Shown one piece after another: positions 55,176-63,420 of a DNA stretch of 64,000 bases (position 1 is its first letter; every line of letters starts with the position of its first letter). The notes under the pieces are model-generated. The model was not told the DNA's origin. It saw only the letters and a list, made by a program, of their open reading frames with translations, and did not search any database. The position numbers were made by a program, and so were the translations under genes. The stretch covers positions 386,402-450,401 of the forward strand of contig CAVTZY010000024.1 of the NCBI GenBank assembly GCA_963739235.1. The letters are read 5' to 3'. This DNA comes from Terriglobia bacterium. Its GTDB lineage: Bacteria > Acidobacteriota > UBA6911.

Positions 55176-55598
55176 ATGGGAAAAACCGCAATCACAGCGT
55201 CGCATTGGGTTCGGACGCTGATACAACTCGCTGCCTGCGTAGGAATCGTTCTTGTCCAGCTCGGTTACACGCATACAGCCGCGCCTTCCGGTCTGGTCCA
55301 GCAATCCCATAAATGCGCGCCTGCGCTTCAGGGCAACGTGAAAGGGACCGTAGGTACAGATGGTGCCTTGGCAGTCATGAACAACTCCGCAAACCGGAGC
55401 AGGGGAATAGTGAATGAATATGATCGCGCCCACATGCAGCGGGGGGCCGGCCAGGCCAACCATTGGGGTGATTCGATTCTTTCAAGAGCTGCCATTCTGT
55501 GGGGAGAATCCCTACGTGCCATGGCAGGCTTCGTTGCGATTATTCAGCAGCCCGCCCTGAGAGCGGCAATTCTCTGGGGGGAAGGCATGCGGGTGTAG
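55176..55598 (+). CDS. Small membrane-anchored or secreted protein whose C-terminus carries WGD/WGE units homologous to the protease repeat module
   Basis: ATG is preceded by GAGGAGA. Hydrophobic N-terminus LIQLAACVGIVLVQLG. The C-terminus HWGDSILSRAAILWGESLRAMAGFVAIIQQPALRAAILWGEGMRV parallels the ..VLWGD..IMIYKQPALASGVLWGDG.. region of the neighbouring S8 proteases. Confidence 0.5.
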   Translation: MGKTAITASHWVRTLIQLAACVGIVLVQLGYTHTAAPSGLVQQSHKCAPALQGNVKGTVGTDGALAVMNNSANRSRGIVNEYDRAHMQRGAGQANHWGDSILSRAAILWGESLRAMAGFVAIIQQPALRAAILWGEGMRV

Positions 55599-55710
55599 GT
55601 AGGCAAGAGGTCGGCTGCCGGAGGCTTCGGCGGCACAAGATCCTCATGCCATCCATCACGATGGCAGGAGTTCTTTCGGGTCATTATAACGGTCTCGAAA
55701 AAACCAGACG

Positions 55711-57690
55711 GTGAAAAAGATGACAGCAAAGCGTTCCAATCACAAGCCTGGATGGCGTTGGTTCCGGAAGTTAGGGTCGGCGATCCTGGTCGTGCTCTTC
55801 GCTGGAGTATGCCTGTTCAGCCAGTCGCCGAACTCGAACCAGGCGAAGGTTTTTGGCTTGGGCAAGCTCGATCCGATTCTCGATTCCTTGAGCGATGCCA
55901 ACATCTCGCAGAATGCCACTGCCAGCGTAATCGTTCAATTCCTTGACGACGAAGAGATCGCCGGCAAGGGATTTATCGGGCAAGCGCTAAAAAAGGTTGC
56001 GAAAGAACTTCGGAGCCGGGCTATCGCCGATGCCGGTGCTATGGTCGAGCGGGAGTTTGCCAACCTGCCCATCCATTCAGTCCGGTTGACCTTTGGCGCA
56101 CTGAAACGCCTTCAACAGAGTCCGTTCGTCAAGCGGATCTCCGTCAACCACGGCGTCAACGGCAGCACATACACGACTGCTCGCGCGATCGGCGCCGACC
56201 AGGTCTGGGCGGGTTCCTGGCTTGTGCCTTCCTACACGGGCAGCGGGATCGGCGTGGCTGTGCTGGATTCCGGTGTCGACATCCGGGGCGATCTGACCAA
56301 CCGGGTTGCCGTTCGCACTCACTTTGTTGCGAATGATGCCGACGAATATGGACACGGGACGCATGTGGCGGGTAGCATCGCCGGCAACGGCAGCATCTCG
56401 CAGGCAGGCTCGGGATATTCGGTCCAGTACAAAGGAATCGCGTACGGGGCCAAGGTCATCAGCATCCGGGTTCTGGGGACGGGTGGGAGCGGTTTAACCA
56501 GCGACGTCATCGCGGGCATTGACTGGTGCATCACCCACAAAGCCGACTACAACATCCGGGTGATCAACCTGTCACTCGGCCACCCGGTTTTTGAATCCTA
56601 TCGCACCGACCCGCTCTGCCAGGCCGTCGAACGGGCTGTGAATGCCGGTATCGTCGTTGTGGCAGCCGCCGGCAATTTCGGCAAGGGAGCCGATGGCTCC
56701 GCTGTTTATGGCGGCATCACCAGCCCGGCCAATGATCCGACTGTGATTACCGTTGGCGCCGTCGACAGCAAAGGAACGATCGCCCGCAGCGACGATACTA
56801 TTGCCAGCTACAGTTCCCGCGGCCCGACCGCGATCGACGGCGTGATCAAGCCGGACATCGTCGCCCCGGGCAATAAAGTGATCGCCTTCCCGAATCGGGA
56901 TTCCTATTTGTTTACCCAGTATCCTGCCAACCGGATCTACGCATCGGGCTCCACCGACGACAGCAAGGCATACTTCGTTTTGAGCGGCACCAGCATGGCG
57001 GCGCCCGTCGTTTCCGGAACCGTCGCACTCATGCTGCAGGCCAACCCATCGCTGACTCCCAACACCGTGAAGTACATCCTGGATTACACTGCCCAACGCA
57101 TGACCACCCCAAGCATTATCGAACAGGGGAATGGTTACGTGAACGCAGAGGGCGCAGTCCGTTTGGCACGCTCCATTTCTCAGAATTCCAACACGCTGGC
57201 GGCAGGTGCCCAGTGGATTGCCTTCCCGTTCCTGATCAGAAACTTCAGCACGATCGCCGGCGAGGGCGTTCTGTGGGGTGACGGCGTGCTCTGGGGCGAT
57301 GGCGTCCTTTGGGGTGACGGTGTGCTCTGGGGCGACGGTGTGCTCTGGGGTGATGGCGTTCTGTGGGGCGACGGCGTCCTGTGGGGCGACAATTTTACAA
57401 TCTGGAATGACAGTATCATGATCTACAAACAGCCGGCCTTGGCCAGCGGCGTCCTGTGGGGTGATGGTGTCCTGTGGGGCGATTGCGTGACTTTGAGCAA
57501 CAGCACAATCCTGAATGCGAAGGTCGGGAATAGCGCGGTTCGCAGCACGACCTCGGCAACCTGGTACACCAAGTTTGTGGACCCCACCTCAATGGGAAGC
57601 ACGAACGCGGATGCGATCCTGATTTTCGAAGCGGTGGCGTGCAGTTTGCGGGTCGGCCCGGTCGGCTCCTGGTTCTATCCTCCACGCTAA
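55711..57690 (+). CDS. S8 subtilisin-family serine protease 1 with I9-like propeptide and C-terminal GVLWGD-repeat module
   Basis: Catalytic triad contexts are GVAVLDSGVD, HGTHVAGSIAG and SGTSMAAPVVSG. Has a signal peptide, 7+2 GVLWGD units and a tail ending SWFYPPR. The alternative ATG at 55720 is possible. Confidence 0.9.
   Translation: MKKMTAKRSNHKPGWRWFRKLGSAILVVLFAGVCLFSQSPNSNQAKVFGLGKLDPILDSLSDANISQNATASVIVQFLDDEEIAGKGFIGQALKKVAKELRSRAIADAGAMVEREFANLPIHSVRLTFGALKRLQQSPFVKRISVNHGVNGSTYTTARAIGADQVWAGSWLVPSYTGSGIGVAVLDSGVDIRGDLTNRVAVRTHFVANDADEYGHGTHVAGSIAGNGSISQAGSGYSVQYKGIAYGAKVISIRVLGTGGSGLTSDVIAGIDWCITHKADYNIRVINLSLGHPVFESYRTDPLCQAVERAVNAGIVVVAAAGNFGKGADGSAVYGGITSPANDPTVITVGAVDSKGTIARSDDTIASYSSRGPTAIDGVIKPDIVAPGNKVIAFPNRDSYLFTQYPANRIYASGSTDDSKAYFVLSGTSMAAPVVSGTVALMLQANPSLTPNTVKYILDYTAQRMTTPSIIEQGNGYVNAEGAVRLARSISQNSNTLAAGAQWIAFPFLIRNFSTIAGEGVLWGDGVLWGDGVLWGDGVLWGDGVLWGDGVLWGDGVLWGDNFTIWNDSIMIYKQPALASGVLWGDGVLWGDCVTLSNSTILNAKVGNSAVRSTTSATWYTKFVDPTSMGSTNADAILIFEAVACSLRVGPVGSWFYPPR
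57265..57390 (+). repeat. 7 x 18-nt tandem repeat encoding GVLWGD (plus 2 more units at 57448-57483)
   Basis: Read directly. The units differ only at synonymous positions. Confidence 0.95.
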
Positions 57691-57718
57691 CAAGCTCCGT
57701 GCATCACCGCAGTACCTC

Positions 57719-57750
57719 GAGGCCGCCGGTTTGGAGGAGCCGGCGGCCTC
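57719..57750 (+). terminator. Hairpin after protease 1
   Basis: GAGGCCGCCGG (57719-57729), 10-nt loop, CCGGCGGCCTC (57740-57750). No clear T-run. Confidence 0.55.
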
Positions 57751-57779
57751 CGCAGTTCATCTTCATAAAAATCACGGGG

Positions 57780-58030
57780 ATTTCGGGGACAGGCGCGAAT
57801 GGCGCTTAGATAAGGATTTCAATTGGGACCCTGAAAGGGTCCAGCAGCAAAGCCCAGGGCGTGAGCCCTGGGCTTTGCTGCTCCGCCCCTTCAGGGCTTA
57901 ATCACTTGATTTGGCGGGACTAACAGGTGATTGGGGCATTCTTAACTAAGCGCCATTCGGGACAGGCGCCATAATCCCGAACTTCCAGAACAAAATACAT
58001 CAGGTTGGTTCGATTCAATTTCGGCTACAC
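57780..58030. mobile_element. Composite MITE-like element; inner element 57797-57958 with 11-bp direct repeats
   Basis: The inner element is bounded by GAATGGCGCTTAGATAAGGA / TCTTAACTAAGCGCCATTC. It is flanked by identical GGGACAGGCGC at 57786-57796 and 57959-57969. Confidence 0.65.
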
Positions 58031-58353
58031 AGGATCGGACCACGCCAAATAGTAGGATCATTAAGAATAGCTCATTCCAAGAGCGGCGGAAACGGCCTTG
58101 ACGGCAAAAAATCCCCCCCCAAAACTGCATCTAAGGAAAACCAAGGCTGAACGACGCGAGGGCACAGCAGGATCTGCCTACATATGCCAAACTACGGCCA
58201 AAAATGCAGCTACGATCATATTTCAGGGGTTTGGCAAGAGCGAAATTTTTAAGATCAGTTAGTAAGGTGGTCAATCCCCTGAACTCCAATGACAATTCCT
58301 TGCCCTGCAGTTATGTTTCCCGCTGCGGTAAATGTGCCGCCCCATCGGGACAA

Positions 58354-58430
58354 TCCTCCCATTTTTCATACTCATCCCATAGGACCGGCTGATCATCCAA
58401 ATTGGGCTTGCTGTCCCATTTTTTTTCTGC
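58354..58430 (+). promoter_or_regulatory. Conserved upstream element, copy B (immediately 5' of protease 2)
   Basis: CCTCCCATTTTT..CCCATAGGACCGGCTGATCATCCAAATTGGGCTTGCTGTCCCATTTTTTTTCTG. Confidence 0.45.
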
Positions 58431-58503
58431 AGCCTCGGATTGATACTAGCCTTGGACAGCGATTTCCAAGGGGATCATGACCGCATTAACAGAGGAGATC
58501 AAA

Positions 58504-60465
58504 ATGAACGGCAGAGCTCGAAGATGCAAACCGGGAAAAGGAGCGCCTCGGTTGATCCTGCTGGTATTCCTGGTAGCGATCTGTGTTTCTCTATTCGCCC
58601 AGTCTTCCAACTCCGGGAAGAAGCAGGCCCATGGCTTCGGGAAACTCGAGCCGGCACTCGAAATCCTAGACGGCTCAAGAATCGACCCGAATGCCACCGC
58701 CGGCGTTATCGTGCAGTTTCTCGATGATGAGGAGATTGCAGGTTGGACACGAACGAAGCAAGAGATCAGGCTGGCAGCGAGACTGGCACGCCGACAGGCA
58801 ATCGCCCTCGAAGGGGGGATTTCTGAGCGCGAGTTCGACAACATTCCAGTTCACACCGCGAGAGTCACTTTTGCCGCGCTGAAGCGCCTCGAGAGGCATC
58901 CCCAGGTCAAGCGGATTTCCATAGATTACGCCGTCATCGGCAGCACCTACACGACGGCTCGGGCCATCGGAGCAGACCAGATCTGGGCCGGTTCCTCCGG
59001 ACTGCCCGCGTTCGACGGGACCGGAATAAACGTCGCGGTGATCGACTCCGGTATTAATCTCGGCTCAAATGACCTGAACGGAAAGGTCCTCGCCTCCATG
59101 ACATTCTGCGGGTCTGACCCTAACGACAATTACGGCCACGGCACCCACGTCGCCGGCATTATCGCCGGTCAGGGGATCGATTCCACTCCCGCCGCTGGGT
59201 TTGCTGTCCAGTACAAGGGCATTGCCCCCGGAACCGGCGTATTAAACTTAAGGGTGCTGGATTCCAATGGAGTGGGGCAGACCAGCTACCTGCTGGCCGC
59301 ACTCGACTGGTGCATAACAAATAAGGCAAAATACAACATCCGGGTTATTAACCTTTCCGTTGGCCACCCCGTTTACGAGTCCTACAAGACCGATCCACTC
59401 TGCCAGGCAGTTGAAAAGTGCGTTCAAAACGGCATTGTGGTCGTGGTTGCGGCGGGAAACATTGGAAAGGGAAGCGATGGCTCGATCATATACGGCGGCA
59501 TCACCAGTCCTGCCAACGATCCGGCCGTTATCACCGTTGGGGCCGTCGATGCCAAGGGCACGATCGCTCGCAGCGACGACACCATTGCGAGCTACAGCTC
59601 GCGCGGCCCGACGGCCATAGACGGCTTGATCAAGCCCGAGATTGTCGCCCCGGGCAACAAAGTCATCTCTGTTACCGTTCACGGAAAGCTCTATAAAAGA
59701 TACTCCGCCAACCGTGTGGGCGGCACCACATCCAAATCAGATAACTATTTCATTCTTAATGGAACGAGCATGGCGGCTCCGGTGGTTTCCGGGACTGCAG
59801 CGCTTATGCTGCAGGCCAATCCGTCATTGACTCCGAATGCCGTCAAGGCCATCCTGGCATACACTGCACAGCGGATGACGACCTCCAATATTCTCGAACA
59901 GGGCAACGGCTATGTGAATGCCGAAGGCGCCGTCCGTCTCGCCCGGGCCATCGCGCAAGACACGAACATGCTGGCCAACGGTGACCAGTGGATTGCCGAA
60001 CCCTCGGCAATCAAGAACTACAGCACCATAGCAGGTGAAGGGGTCTTGTGGGGCGATGGCGTCCTATGGGGCGACGGTGTTCTGTGGGGCGACGGCGTTC
60101 TATGGGGCGATGGCGTACTCTGGGGCGACGGCGTCCTGTGGGGTGACGGCGTGCTCTGGGGGGATGGCGTCCTGTGGGGTGACAGCTTGATGATGTTCAA
60201 GCAGCCAGCCTTTGCCAACGGCGTTCTCTGGGGCGACGGGGTTCTCTGGGGCGACAGCATCATGGTCGCCACGGACACAATCCTGACTGGTCGCGGGAGC
60301 ACTGGCACGATTCGCGGCACAACGTCTGCAAAATGGTACCCGGTCTTCGTCGATCCTAATTCGATTACCAACACGGAAAGCATTCTAGGCAATGGAGACA
60401 GTGGATCTGTATCAGGCCTTGTCATCGGTCCTCCTGGAGCCTGGTTCTATCCGCCCAGGAAATAG
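58504..60465 (+). CDS. S8 subtilisin-family serine protease 2 with GVLWGD-repeat module
   Basis: ATG at 58504 is preceded by GAGGAG. Triad contexts are NVAVIDSGIN, HGTHVAGIIAG and NGTSMAAPVVSG. Has 8+2 GVLWGD units and a tail ending AWFYPPRK. Confidence 0.9.
   Translation: MNGRARRCKPGKGAPRLILLVFLVAICVSLFAQSSNSGKKQAHGFGKLEPALEILDGSRIDPNATAGVIVQFLDDEEIAGWTRTKQEIRLAARLARRQAIALEGGISEREFDNIPVHTARVTFAALKRLERHPQVKRISIDYAVIGSTYTTARAIGADQIWAGSSGLPAFDGTGINVAVIDSGINLGSNDLNGKVLASMTFCGSDPNDNYGHGTHVAGIIAGQGIDSTPAAGFAVQYKGIAPGTGVLNLRVLDSNGVGQTSYLLAALDWCITNKAKYNIRVINLSVGHPVYESYKTDPLCQAVEKCVQNGIVVVVAAGNIGKGSDGSIIYGGITSPANDPAVITVGAVDAKGTIARSDDTIASYSSRGPTAIDGLIKPEIVAPGNKVISVTVHGKLYKRYSANRVGGTTSKSDNYFILNGTSMAAPVVSGTAALMLQANPSLTPNAVKAILAYTAQRMTTSNILEQGNGYVNAEGAVRLARAIAQDTNMLANGDQWIAEPSAIKNYSTIAGEGVLWGDGVLWGDGVLWGDGVLWGDGVLWGDGVLWGDGVLWGDGVLWGDSLMMFKQPAFANGVLWGDGVLWGDSIMVATDTILTGRGSTGTIRGTTSAKWYPVFVDPNSITNTESILGNGDSGSVSGLVIGPPGAWFYPPRK
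60040..60183 (+). repeat. 8 x 18-nt tandem repeat encoding GVLWGD (plus 2 units at 60220-60255)
   Basis: Read directly. Only synonymous variation. Confidence 0.95.
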
Positions 60466-60471
60466 TTCGAG

Positions 60472-60495
60472 GGTCCGGATTTCTGAATCCGGACC
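60472..60495 (+). terminator. Short hairpin between proteases 2 and 3
   Basis: GGTCCGGAT-ttctga-ATCCGGACC. Confidence 0.45.
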
Positions 60496-60551
60496 TTCCA
60501 ATCTCATTTATGTTATTCAGGCAACAGAACCAGGTTCAGGAGAGCAATCCA

Positions 60552-62555
60552 ATGCTCGGGGGAAATAAAAAGAGATTCGATGCCAGGATCTTGAGAATCG
60601 CCTTCCTGGGAATCCTCCTGCTCGCACTTTGTTCCTCCCTCTTCAGCCAGTCGAATCCAAAGGGCAAGGCGATCGGGCAGGGCAAGCTGGAAGCGGCGCT
60701 GGACTACCTGGACGCTTCCATGATGCGCCCGGGGCAAACCGTCGACGTGATCATCCAGTTCGAGGACGACGCGACACCCGGGGAAACGGTGGAAGTGAAA
60801 AACCTGAAGAGGCTCGCCCGCCGGCAATTAATCCTCGACACCGGAGGTGAACCGGGCAGGGATTTCGACAGTTTTCCCATGCACTCGGCCAAGGCGACGG
60901 TCGGTGCACTGAAGAGGCTTGAGCAACAACCACAGGTGCAACGGATCTCCGTCGATTACGCGTTGCAGGGTCACCTGGCCACTACGGCCAAGGCCATCGG
61001 GGCGGACCAGGTGTGGGCCGGCAATTCTGGAACGTTTGGCGCGACAGGAAAGGGCATTACCGTTGCTGTCATTGACTCCGGAGTCGGCGACAACGGCCTC
61101 AGCGCCTGGGATCTGTGGACTCAGGTTCGGACGAGCCTCAACTTTGTATCGGAGTCGACCAACGTCTACGACACCTACGGCCACGGAACCCATGTCGCGG
61201 GAATCATTGCTGGGACCGGAAAGACCTCGAAATTGGACGACAGGGGGACGTACAGCGGATTTGCCGCGCAGTATAAGGGGATTGCCCCGGCGCGCAGATT
61301 CTCAGCCTGAAGGTGCTGGACGGAGAGGGAACCGGCAAGACCAGCAATGTCATCGCGGCGCTGGACTGGTGCCTCCAGAACCGGGTCAAACAGAACATGC
61401 GCATCATCAACCTCTCGCTCGGCCATCCCGTATTCGAGTCCTACAAGACAGATCCTCTCTGCCAGGCTGTGGAGGCGTGCGTCAAGAACGGAATAGTGGT
61501 CGTGGTAGCGGCTGGGAATTACGGTAAGGATGAAAACGGGCGGGTCTTCGGGGGAATCACCAGCCCGGACAATGAACCGGCCGCCATCACAGTGGGCGCC
61601 GTCGACACGCATGGTACGGTGGTTCGCAGGGACGACAACGTTGCCAGCTACAGTTCCTGCGGTCCGACCGCCATCGACGGCATCATCAAACCGGACATCG
61701 TTGCTCCGGGGAACAAGATTGTCTCCGATTCGCTGGTGCCGGGCACGCTGGCCACAAGATATCCGGTGAATCTGATTGTTTCCGCGAGCGCAAAAACACA
61801 GGGCATTTACAGTTACGCCGCCGACAGCTACTACATTATGAGCGGGACGAGTATGGCTGCCCCGGTAGTTTCAGGAACCGTCGCGCTGATGCTCGAGGGT
61901 AATCCCTCGCTGACGCCGAACGCGGTAAAGGCGATTCTGGCTTATACCGCCCAAAGAATGACCGGCCCGAGCATCCTGGAGCAGGGAAACGGCTACCTCA
62001 ACGCAGACGGGGCATTTCGGCTGGCCAAGGCGATATCGGCGGCTACCAGCAGCAAAAAGGTCATGGACGGGTCAGCCTGGATCTCCGTACCATCTTCCGT
62101 TATCCCTTTCAGCACGATCGGTGGCGAAGCCATTCTCTGGGGAGATGCCATTTTGTGGGGTGACGCGATTCTCTGGGGGGATGCTATTCTGTGGGGAGAC
62201 GGAATCCTCTGGGGGGATGGAATCCTGTGGGGCAAGACCTCAAGCGCCTGGAACGATACCCTGATGGTCTTTAAGCAACCGGCTTTGAGCCTCTGCGATT
62301 CTCTGGGGAGACGGAATCCTCCGGGGAGATGGAATAATGTGGGGAGACAGCCTGATCTGGGACTGCAAGGTCGGCTCAACGGGTGTACTCCAGGGCGTCT
62401 CCGCCCACTGGTCCTCCGCTTTCCTGGACCCGACATCGATTGCCAATTCAGTCGGGAGCGTCCTGATCTATGGTGAGCTTGGGACTCTCACAGGGTTGAG
62501 AATGGCCTCAGCCGGCAGTATGTATCTCCCGGTATTTCGGGGACAGGCGCCATAA
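60552..62555 (+). pseudogene. S8 subtilisin-family serine protease 3 (AILWGD/GILWGD repeats), two frameshifts and a MITE-derived 3' end
   Basis: The paralog alignment breaks at ~61286-61291 (..QYKGIAP|GAQILSLKVLDGEG.. continues in another frame) and at ~62288-62292 (..KQPALS|AILWGDGILRGDGIMWGD..). The last codons VFRGQAP-stop lie inside the MITE terminal repeat (62533-62550). Confidence 0.8.
62129..62236 (+). repeat. 6 x 18-nt tandem repeat encoding AILWGD x4, GILWGD, GILWGK
   Basis: Read directly. Confidence 0.95.
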
Positions 62556-62909
62556 CCTCGAAATTCCAGAACAAAAGAACATTAGTTTGGTTCGATAGAA
62601 TTTTGAGGTTATGGCGCCGTCCCGAATGGCGCTTAGATAAGGATTTCAATTGGGACCCTGAAAGGGTCCAGCAGCAAACCCCAGGGCGCAAGCCCTGAGA
62701 ACTGACGTTTGGCAAGGAATCAGCCCTGAAAGGGCGGCGCAGGCTGTGTCGCCCTTTCAGGGCTGATTTCCCGGATGACCATGAGCCCAGGGCTCACGCC
62801 CTGGGCTTTGCTGCTCCGCCCCTTCAGGGCTTAATCACTTGATTTAGCGGGACTAACAGGTGATTGGGGCATTCTTAACTAAGCGCCATTCGCGCCTGTC
62901 CCCGAAATA
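62533..62909. mobile_element. Composite MITE-like element with perfect 18-bp terminal inverted repeats; inner element 62624-62891
   Basis: TATTTCGGGGACAGGCGC (62533-62550) and GCGCCTGTCCCCGAAATA (62892-62909). The inner element is flanked by GCGCCGTCCC / GCGCCTGTCCC. Confidence 0.75.
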
Positions 62910-62940
62910 CCTGGCACAAGTGTGCCGCCTGTATGGATAG

Positions 62941-63030
62941 TGCTCCCTGTTCCCATAGGACCGCGCGATCATCTCATTGGGAGAGCCCTCCTATTTATTG
63001 CATCTTCTCTCTGAAGTACATTGGTCTCAG
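62941..63030 (+). promoter_or_regulatory. Conserved upstream element, copy C1 (partial copy C2 at 63283-63325)
   Basis: CCCATAGGACCGCGCGATCATCTCATTGGGAGAGCCCTCCTATTTATTGCATCTTCTCTCTGAAGTACATTGG. C2 reads TCATCCCATTTTTTGCACTTTTCCTTTGAAGTACATTGGG. Confidence 0.5.
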
Positions 63031-63420
63031 GTTGAGATTATTCAAGGCCATGCAGGCTCTTGTGTTGAGCGCTGATGCCCTCATTTCCTGGAGTTGATTA
63101 TGCAAGGTTTAGCCGGGTCGAGCATTCGGTCTCAAAACCAAATCGAAGGATCGAAGCGCAGAGGTGCGATGCATCTCGCCAAGAGAGCGCTGGTCGCATT
63201 CGGGATCGGATATGGGCCTGCCGCAGCTCACGGTTCCCGGCTCCTATATCCCATGGGAGCAACAGACAGACAAACAGGGAGACTCATCCCATTTTTTGCA
63301 CTTTTCCTTTGAAGTACATTGGGCAGGCAAGGTGAATTAAAGGCCTTGTTGTTGCGAGGCATTTGACGGTTTTCAAGCATTGTTTCCAGTCACGGCGGCA
63401 AGAGACGCTTAAGGTAGAAG

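Noticed and set aside
57180-57419. Minus-strand ORFs with SPHRTPSPQ repeats (also 60018..60425 and 61993..62436)
   Set aside because: These are mirror translations of the 18-nt GVLWGD tandem repeats inside the protease genes. The plus-strand reading is supported by the flanking S8 domains.
57990-58030. GGTTCGAT T-loop-like strings (also 62585-62600) suggesting a tRNA
   Set aside because: They lie in the loop of the palindromic MITE host element. No acceptor stem, anticodon arm or D-arm can be drawn.
63100-63312. 70-aa ORF between the two downstream copies of the conserved element
   Set aside because: It has a weak RBS (GGAG), no recognisable motif and no similarity to the WGD-repeat ORF. 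I did not call it a gene, though it may deserve a look if the element proves to be a promoter.
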